Source: Verrucomicrobiota bacterium
GTDB taxonomy: Bacteria > Verrucomicrobiota > Verrucomicrobiia > Limisphaerales > SXQI01
Length of the DNA: 64,000 bases
Direction of reading: 5' to 3'
Assembly: GCA_033762115.1 (NCBI GenBank)
Contig: JANRLX010000103.1
Span: 1 to 64,000 of the forward strand
In this document: positions 58,116 through 64,000 of the stretch, piece by piece
Numbering within the stretch: position 1 is the stretch's first letter
Layout: every line of letters starts with the position of its first letter
Made by a program: the position numbers and the translations under genes
The notes under the pieces: generated by a model
What the model was told of the DNA's origin: nothing
Databases searched by the model: none
The model's input: only the letters and a program-made list of their open reading frames with translations

Positions 58116-59189
58116 CTAATTTGGCCAGCGCCCATTCGGCATCGGTTTCGGGGCAAATGCGGAAGGATCAAGCACCAGATGCTTGATCATGCGGCGGTTC
58201 CAGGTGTAGGTGACATGGACCATCCGGTCCGCAGTCTGGATGACCGCTGGATAGGAGAATTCAGAGCCGGGACTGTTTTCCAGGACGGCTACTGCTGACC
58301 ATTTTTTGCCGTCGGTTGAAATTGCCACATTCAGTACGCCGCGTCCCTGGGTGGTGTGGTTGTACACGAGCAACTGCCTGCCATCACGCAGGCGCAATCC
58401 ATCAATGCCACTGTTGGGGTTCGGCAGGTCTGTCTTGGTCATGCGCCCCCATGTTTTGCCCCAATCGCTGCTCCAGGCTTCTGCAATGGCATCCTGTTTG
58501 GTGCGGGCAAGGATCTGCAATACCCCGTCATTGTGTTCGAGAATGGTCGGTTGGATCGCGCCAAAATCAATCGAACGATTAATCGAATCGGTTTTGGTCC
58601 ATTCCTTGAAATTTTTGGTTCGTTCCATGTGAACGCGCCAGCCATTGTCCTCCGTGCTGGAACCGCTGAGAATCGTGCCGTCCGGAAGTTGAATCGGCTT
58701 GTTTTTGATCGGGCCCAGGATGCCATCCGGCAGGCGCTTTGCCCTGGACCAGGTGCGGCCATTGTCTTTCGAGGTTTTCATCATTCCCCACCAGTTTTCG
58801 GGGGAGGGACCTTCCTTGTAGAACAGGGTCAATGGACCATCCTTTGGGCGAAACAGCACCGGGTTCCATAACGGATAACGCACCCGTTCCTCGTCATTCT
58901 GACCGTTGGCGACTTCCACAGGCGCTGACCATCCATTCCCTTCATTTCGTGAAAGCCAGATGCTCACATCCAGGTTTCCTTCATCACTTCCCCCGAACCA
59001 GGCCGCTATCAAAACATCCATCGATTCAACCAGGGTGGAGGCATGGCAGGAGGGGGTGGGCATGGGGTTGGCGATGTATTCGCTGGAAACGATGGTCTGG
59101 CCGCTGCGTTGAGCCCAGGACCAGTGTGGAAGGGTCCAGGCAGCCAGCAGCGCAAAAAGGAGGCGCAAATTCTTCATACCCAAGTTCAT
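58116..59189 (-). CDS. sialidase-family (BNR/Asp-box) protein
   Basis: CHASTL, WNPVLF, Asp boxes SKDNGRTW and SSDWGKTW, LGPIKNKP, LPNPNSG, SYPAV. Confidence 0.87.
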   Translation of the reverse strand: MNLGMKNLRLLFALLAAWTLPHWSWAQRSGQTIVSSEYIANPMPTPSCHASTLVESMDVLIAAWFGGSDEGNLDVSIWLSRNEGNGWSAPVEVANGQNDEERVRYPLWNPVLFRPKDGPLTLFYKEGPSPENWWGMMKTSKDNGRTWSRAKRLPDGILGPIKNKPIQLPDGTILSGSSTEDNGWRVHMERTKNFKEWTKTDSINRSIDFGAIQPTILEHNDGVLQILARTKQDAIAEAWSSDWGKTWGRMTKTDLPNPNSGIDGLRLRDGRQLLVYNHTTQGRGVLNVAISTDGKKWSAVAVLENSPGSEFSYPAVIQTADRMVHVTYTWNRRMIKHLVLDPSAFAPKPMPNGRWPN

Positions 59190-59230
59190 AAAACAGGAGC
59201 CATCATCAATACAAGCAAGAGCGCACAAAT

Positions 59231-59887
59231 TTAATGGTCCAGCGTGGTGATCCCCTCACGAATGGCATATTTTGTCAGCTCGGCAACCGTATAAATTTCC
59301 AGTTTGTCCATCAAATGCTGGCGATGCGTTTCCACGGTTTTTGCACTGAGATGCAACTCAGCGGCAATTTCCTTGGTTCCTTTCCCTTCGGACATCAATT
59401 GCAGAACTTCCCGTTCCCGTTCAGTCAGGCGGGGGGTGATAAGCAATTCAGGTGAGCTGGTTTGGAGCATGAAATCCTCCACATCAAGTCCCGCGATTTT
59501 TGGCAGGACATAAGTTTGTTCCCGGACCACTGTGCGAATGGCATTTGCCAAATCCTCCAGGGCTGCGTCCTTGAGGATGTACCCGGAAGCGCCCGCGCGA
59601 AACATTTCCACAACAAACTGTTTGTCCGAGTGCATGGAAAGCGCCACCACCTTTGTGCCGGGGCTGCGGGAAATAATTTGCCGGGTGGCGTCAATGCCGT
59701 TCAGGTCTGGCATGGACACATCCATCACCACAATGTCAGGAGACAATTTTTGAGTCAGTTGAATGGCGGTGCGGCCGTTCTCAGTTTGTGCAATCACTGA
59801 CAGGCCCGCATGTTTTTCCAGCAATGAAGCGAGCCCCTCGCGCATGAGTTTATGATCATCCACGAGTATAATCCGAATATTCATCAA
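59231..59887 (-). CDS. NarL/LuxR family response regulator
   Basis: LVDDH, VVMDVSMP, LTEREREVL, KTVETHR..LM.KL. Confidence 0.95.
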   Translation of the reverse strand: MMNIRIILVDDHKLMREGLASLLEKHAGLSVIAQTENGRTAIQLTQKLSPDIVVMDVSMPDLNGIDATRQIISRSPGTKVVALSMHSDKQFVVEMFRAGASGYILKDAALEDLANAIRTVVREQTYVLPKIAGLDVEDFMLQTSSPELLITPRLTEREREVLQLMSEGKGTKEIAAELHLSAKTVETHRQHLMDKLEIYTVAELTKYAIREGITTLDH

Positions 59888-62100
59888 CCTGCTCCTCCTG
59901 TTTCGTTCAGCTTGAGGGGAGCAATCAAGGTAATCCGTGTTCCTCTCCCCTCCTCGGAGCGAATCTTAACCTGCCCTCCCAAATATTCAACGCGTTCCCG
60001 AATATTAAACAATCCAAACCCGCTGCCTGAATCGCTTCGCACCTGGATCGTCGCCGGATCAAAACCCAGCCCATCATCCTCGATCAGGATCCGGATCGCA
60101 TCACTGTCACGCCGGATCAGCACCTGCGCATGGGTGGCGTGCGCATGCTTGACCACATTGACCAGCAATTCACGAACCGCCTGAAAAAGCACAATGCGAA
60201 AATCTTCATCCAGCGGCTTGGGCTGGCCATCATCCTGGAAACGCATCGACAATCCATGCTCCTGCTTGAACTTTCGCGCCAGCCATTCGACTGCTGGCAC
60301 CAGCCCCAACTCATAAAGCACCGGCGGACTCAGTTCAAAGGTGAGGGAACGGGTGTCCACAATCGCCTGTTCGATCAACGCCCGAATTTCGCTCAACTGA
60401 TTGTCTGCGCCATTGCCATTATTGGACTGGCTGTAAGTGCCCAGCTTTAATCGGGCAAAAGCAAGGGTCTGGCCGATCCGGTCGTGAAGGTTGGTGGCAA
60501 TGGAGCGCCGTTCCCTTTCTTCGCTCAGGGAAAGTTCCGAGGCCAGGGATTGCAGCCGCTCCTGGTAGGCGATCAGCTTCTCCTCATTTTTTTTCCGTTC
60601 GTTGATGTTCTCGATCATTGCCACCGCAAAAAGTGGCCGCTGCTCGGGGTCACGGATCAGGGACATGGTCAGGTGCCCCCAGACCATGGATTTGCGCCGC
60701 GTGATAAAACGTTGTTCCACCTGGAGACTTTCCATTTCCCCATCAAAGAGATTGGAGGTGTCCAATTGCTCATGCCCATCTCCCGGCCAGGTAATCTGGC
60801 TGAAATGCTGGCCCAGCAATTCCTTTTCACTGTAACCCAGCATGCGGCAAAACGCATTGTTGACCTTGGTGATCTCCATCTGCACACCACAAAGAAGCAT
60901 GGCAATCGGACCTTCCTCGAAAATTTTTCGGAACGCCTCTTCACTTTCGCGCAACGCTTTTTCGACCTGCATCCGTTCAGTCACATCCCGCGCAATGACG
61001 AGATAACGTTCCGGTTCTCCCCTCTCGATATTTAAGGGGCTGACAATCACGTGCCACCATTTTGGAGTGCCTTTGAGAGTGGGCCAGTAGGCATGGAACG
61101 TGGCCTGTTTCTGCTGTTTCGCATCTTCAAAAGCCGCCACTGCCGCGTCAAAATCCGCGCCGGTGAAGGAATTGAGCCAGGAACGGTCCTCCAGTGCCCC
61201 TTCCCCAAGCTCAATCAATTCACGTCCTTTTTCATTGATGAATTTGATGGAACCTTTCCTGTCCAGCAGCGCAATGCAATCGTTATTGCAATGAATGACT
61301 TTTTCATTCAGTTCCTGGGTGGAGCGGAGGTGCCATTCCACCTCCTCACGCCGCCTGACTTCCAGTTCCAGTTCCCTCCGTGCCTCTTCGCATTCAGCCG
61401 CCCGTGAATGCGATTCATGGGCAAAATGGGTGATGAACGGCAGCAGAAGCGCGGCAATGATTCCGCCTGCCAGCGCCAGCTCCGGGATGGGAGAGCGGAG
61501 CGTGGGGACTAACCCTTCCCAAAGCTGAAGGGTTCCCAATGCAATGGAAAGCCCAACCGGCAGGGGAATCCATGCCGGAAACGGGCTGTGCGGAGAACGC
61601 CCCTGCAACCAGGCAGCCCGAAAAACCGGCGCCGCCTGAAACAGGAACCCGAGCGCCAGCGAAAGGGTCATGTACCCGCCCTCGCGAACCGGCGCAAAGA
61701 GCGCGAGGGCGATTGAAGTGAACCCCAGCGCTAGCGTCACTGAGGAGGTAAGCCCCAGCAACCGGATCCGATTGGAAATGGTTTGCGGAATTCCGAGAAT
61801 GATCGATCCCAGGGCTCCCAGGACCAGGGCAAGAAGTTCTCCACCCATCTTTTCCACTCCGAAATAACCCACCCCAGTGACAGCTACAATCGCGGCGGCG
61901 CTTCCAGAAAGCAGTTGCAGCCGCGGAACCTGCTCCAATAATTGCCCGAGCCCAAGCCACACCAGCCCAAAAGCAATCCACCGTTCCGGCGTGGAAGCTC
62001 CAGCCACCACCTGCCATCCTGCCAGGAAAATCACCGCCAGTGCGCATCCGCTTGCAAAGGCGCTTTTATCCAGCAATCGATTTTGGTCACACTGGCTCAT
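59884..62100 (-). CDS. membrane PAS-PAS sensor histidine kinase (HisKA_3 type)
   Basis: multiple TM, two PAS, ERERR.IA..LHD.IGQ, N.VKHA, DDG.GF, GFGL; ATG at 62100 overlaps the upstream TGA. Confidence 0.9.
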   Translation of the reverse strand: MSQCDQNRLLDKSAFASGCALAVIFLAGWQVVAGASTPERWIAFGLVWLGLGQLLEQVPRLQLLSGSAAAIVAVTGVGYFGVEKMGGELLALVLGALGSIILGIPQTISNRIRLLGLTSSVTLALGFTSIALALFAPVREGGYMTLSLALGFLFQAAPVFRAAWLQGRSPHSPFPAWIPLPVGLSIALGTLQLWEGLVPTLRSPIPELALAGGIIAALLLPFITHFAHESHSRAAECEEARRELELEVRRREEVEWHLRSTQELNEKVIHCNNDCIALLDRKGSIKFINEKGRELIELGEGALEDRSWLNSFTGADFDAAVAAFEDAKQQKQATFHAYWPTLKGTPKWWHVIVSPLNIERGEPERYLVIARDVTERMQVEKALRESEEAFRKIFEEGPIAMLLCGVQMEITKVNNAFCRMLGYSEKELLGQHFSQITWPGDGHEQLDTSNLFDGEMESLQVEQRFITRRKSMVWGHLTMSLIRDPEQRPLFAVAMIENINERKKNEEKLIAYQERLQSLASELSLSEERERRSIATNLHDRIGQTLAFARLKLGTYSQSNNGNGADNQLSEIRALIEQAIVDTRSLTFELSPPVLYELGLVPAVEWLARKFKQEHGLSMRFQDDGQPKPLDEDFRIVLFQAVRELLVNVVKHAHATHAQVLIRRDSDAIRILIEDDGLGFDPATIQVRSDSGSGFGLFNIRERVEYLGGQVKIRSEEGRGTRITLIAPLKLNETGGAG

Positions 62101-62756
62101 GAATGGCTTGTTCGTGCACTGTTTCTGCTGTCCCACACCGGTGCTCGCTGTTTGAAACGAAGCATCCTGCAAAAGGCTGGAAGGCCAATCAGTCCGATGC
62201 CGCCCAATTCAAATACCCAGTTCAATTTCACCCCGCCCGGTGAAAATCCAAGGAGCTGGTCCACGTGATGAAAAGAAGAAGCACGAATCAACACGAAGAT
62301 TCCAAGAAAAATCGCTCCTGCCAGTGGAATTTTATTTTCCCGCAAACTATGCCGGGTGAAAAAAAGCAGCGCTCCAAGGGCCAGCAAGCCGCCCAGGGCC
62401 ACACCCAAAATAAAAACTCCCTGCAGTATCCGCCGGTACTCGTACCACCCACCCTCTCTTGCCAGGTTGCGAATCGACAGTGTCAGCCAGGTTTGCAAAT
62501 CCAGTTGCTTGTTGATTCCCAATGCGAACAGGAGCAGTGCCAGCGAAAGCCAGAAAATCCGGTTTGATCCACCCTCCCTGCTGCCGTCCGATTTCGATTG
62601 GAACCACAGCGCAAGGCAAACAGTGGAGGAAAACAGATACGCAGCAACGGTCAACCAGCCCATGACGCTTGGATCACCGATTCCCGGCGTCCATCGATCT
62701 GCGTCAGTAAATGCAAGCAGTGCATGGTCGGACCATCTCGACACTTTCTCCGACAT
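62097..62756 (-). CDS. hypothetical integral membrane protein
   Basis: AGGAGG RBS; W.PGIGDP..GW.TV.AY, LGINKQLDLQ, IRA.SFHH; about 5 TM. Confidence 0.75.
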   Translation of the reverse strand: MSEKVSRWSDHALLAFTDADRWTPGIGDPSVMGWLTVAAYLFSSTVCLALWFQSKSDGSREGGSNRIFWLSLALLLFALGINKQLDLQTWLTLSIRNLAREGGWYEYRRILQGVFILGVALGGLLALGALLFFTRHSLRENKIPLAGAIFLGIFVLIRASSFHHVDQLLGFSPGGVKLNWVFELGGIGLIGLPAFCRMLRFKQRAPVWDSRNSARTSHS

Positions 62757-62937
62757 AAAACTCCTCCTGTGACTTCACTCTATCTTGGATCGCTGTTTCA
62801 TATCAAGGGGTGGAGCAGTTCTTTATTTTGAATCCTGAAAATGGGATTCGAGTCATTTTATAGGGCAGGTCGCTGGATTTTTATCGAATGCCTTTGACCT
62901 GTGGAGCACACCTGAGTAAATCCTTTGAATTGCATTC

Positions 62938-63672
62938 ATGAGCATGCCACTCGCTTTCTTCGCCAAAACCGAAACCATGGAACTGCTGTTCGTGTGGGAA
63001 AAGGCGACCCTCGAGGCAAAGGCCATCATCCTGATTCTCGCGGTTTTTTCCATCTTTGCCTGGTCTGTCATGGCCGCCAAGGGAATGCAGATGAGCCGAG
63101 CCAAAAAGATGAACGCTTTTTTTGATGACGAATTTCGAAATCAAAAGGAAGTCATGTCGATTTACAATCGCCGCATCAACGTGGATGGCTGTCCTAATTT
63201 TACCGTTTACCAGGCCGGTCTCCAGGAATTGGAAGGGCGGCTCAAGGGCCGGGATGGGAAACCGCGGGAACGGCTTTCCCTCAAGTCAATGGAACACGTC
63301 AAGCGCGCTTTGGAACGGGCCGTGGCACAGGAAGCCTTGAAACTTGAATCCGGGTTGATTCTCCTCGCCATCGCCGTGAGCGGAGGCCCTTTCCTCGGGT
63401 TGCTCGGGACGGTCTGGGGCGTGATGAGCACCTTTAGTTATGTGGCCATGAAAGGAAGCGCTGACTTGCCCACGATGGCTCCCGGCGTGGCCGCCGCTCT
63501 CGTCACCACGGTGGCCGGTCTGCTCGTCGCCATTCCTTCCATGTTCGGCTACAATTACCTTGTCCATACGCTGCGGGTCCTGACTGTGGGGCTGGACAAT
63601 TTTGCCCAGGAACTCGCTTCCCGCATCGAAATCGAGTTCCTGAAGGAGGATGATGAAAGCAGCGTCCAGTGA
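62938..63672 (+). CDS. MotA/TolQ/ExbB proton channel
   Basis: PFLGLLGTVWGVM, APGVA.AL.TT.AGL.VAIP. Confidence 0.93.
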   Translation: MSMPLAFFAKTETMELLFVWEKATLEAKAIILILAVFSIFAWSVMAAKGMQMSRAKKMNAFFDDEFRNQKEVMSIYNRRINVDGCPNFTVYQAGLQELEGRLKGRDGKPRERLSLKSMEHVKRALERAVAQEALKLESGLILLAIAVSGGPFLGLLGTVWGVMSTFSYVAMKGSADLPTMAPGVAAALVTTVAGLLVAIPSMFGYNYLVHTLRVLTVGLDNFAQELASRIEIEFLKEDDESSVQ

Positions 63673-63724
63673 TACCCATCATCTCCAGGCAAGCCTGAAC
63701 CAATGATGAAATGATCTTGATGAT

Positions 63725-64000
63725 ATGCGCCGCTTTTCCCAAAAAAATTCTCTTGTCACGCTGAATGAGATCAACATCACACCGCTCCTTGATCTCGCCT
63801 TCGTGTTGCTGATCATTTTCGTGATCACCACACCCCTGCTTGAGCAAAGCCTCAAACTCAATCTCCCTTCCGGCGGTTTCGAAGCCGCCACCAAGATCAG
63901 GAAGGAGGATGTGCGCACCGTCGAAGTGAGCCCCGATGGAAATTTCGTCATGGGCGGCAGGCGAATGTCTTTGAACGATGTCGAGGCCGTCCTCGTCAAA
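63725..64000 (+). CDS. ExbD/TolR protein (runs off the window end)
   Basis: MRRFSQK..EINITPLLDLAFVLLIIFVITTPL. Confidence 0.9.
   Translation, partial: MRRFSQKNSLVTLNEINITPLLDLAFVLLIIFVITTPLLEQSLKLNLPSGGFEAATKIRKEDVRTVEVSPDGNFVMGGRRMSLNDVEAVLVK

Noticed and set aside
62101..62172. longer N-terminus of the HisKA_3 kinase from the ORF track
   Set aside because: It overlaps the upstream membrane gene by 76 nt. ATG 62100 gives a canonical ATGA overlap.

Overview
This is a gene-dense bacterial chromosome segment. Gene content (DUF1080, Tat-exported Gfo/Idh/MocA oxidoreductase, PVC-type heme protein, long ECF sigma factor, futalosine menaquinone genes) suggests a PVC-superphylum organism, most likely Verrucomicrobiota; this is an inference. 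Most of the window is housekeeping or envelope genes: yebC, pyrF, mqnA/mqnE/mqnP/ubiX, rnhB, lemA, HU, dapL, thyA, prmC, murA, a MoxR module and exbB/exbD. Main highlights: (1) a translationally coupled kaiA-like/kaiB/kaiC cluster whose first gene is a REC-PAS protein ending in a KaiA-like C-terminal domain, with glycerate kinase coupled directly behind kaiC; (2) a decayed defence-type islet at the 3' end of tRNA-Gly(GCC), holding an in-frame Hen1-N/Pnkp-C deletion fusion and a doubly broken Mrr-type nuclease; (3) a candidate ~70-nt sRNA with a sigma-28-type promoter between dapL and thyA; (4) a dsrE/F/H-like sulfur-relay cluster, including an unlisted 55-aa ORF, next to a phosphatase/DUF442-like-cytochrome c fusion. 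All family calls come from motif recognition by eye; no database searches were run.
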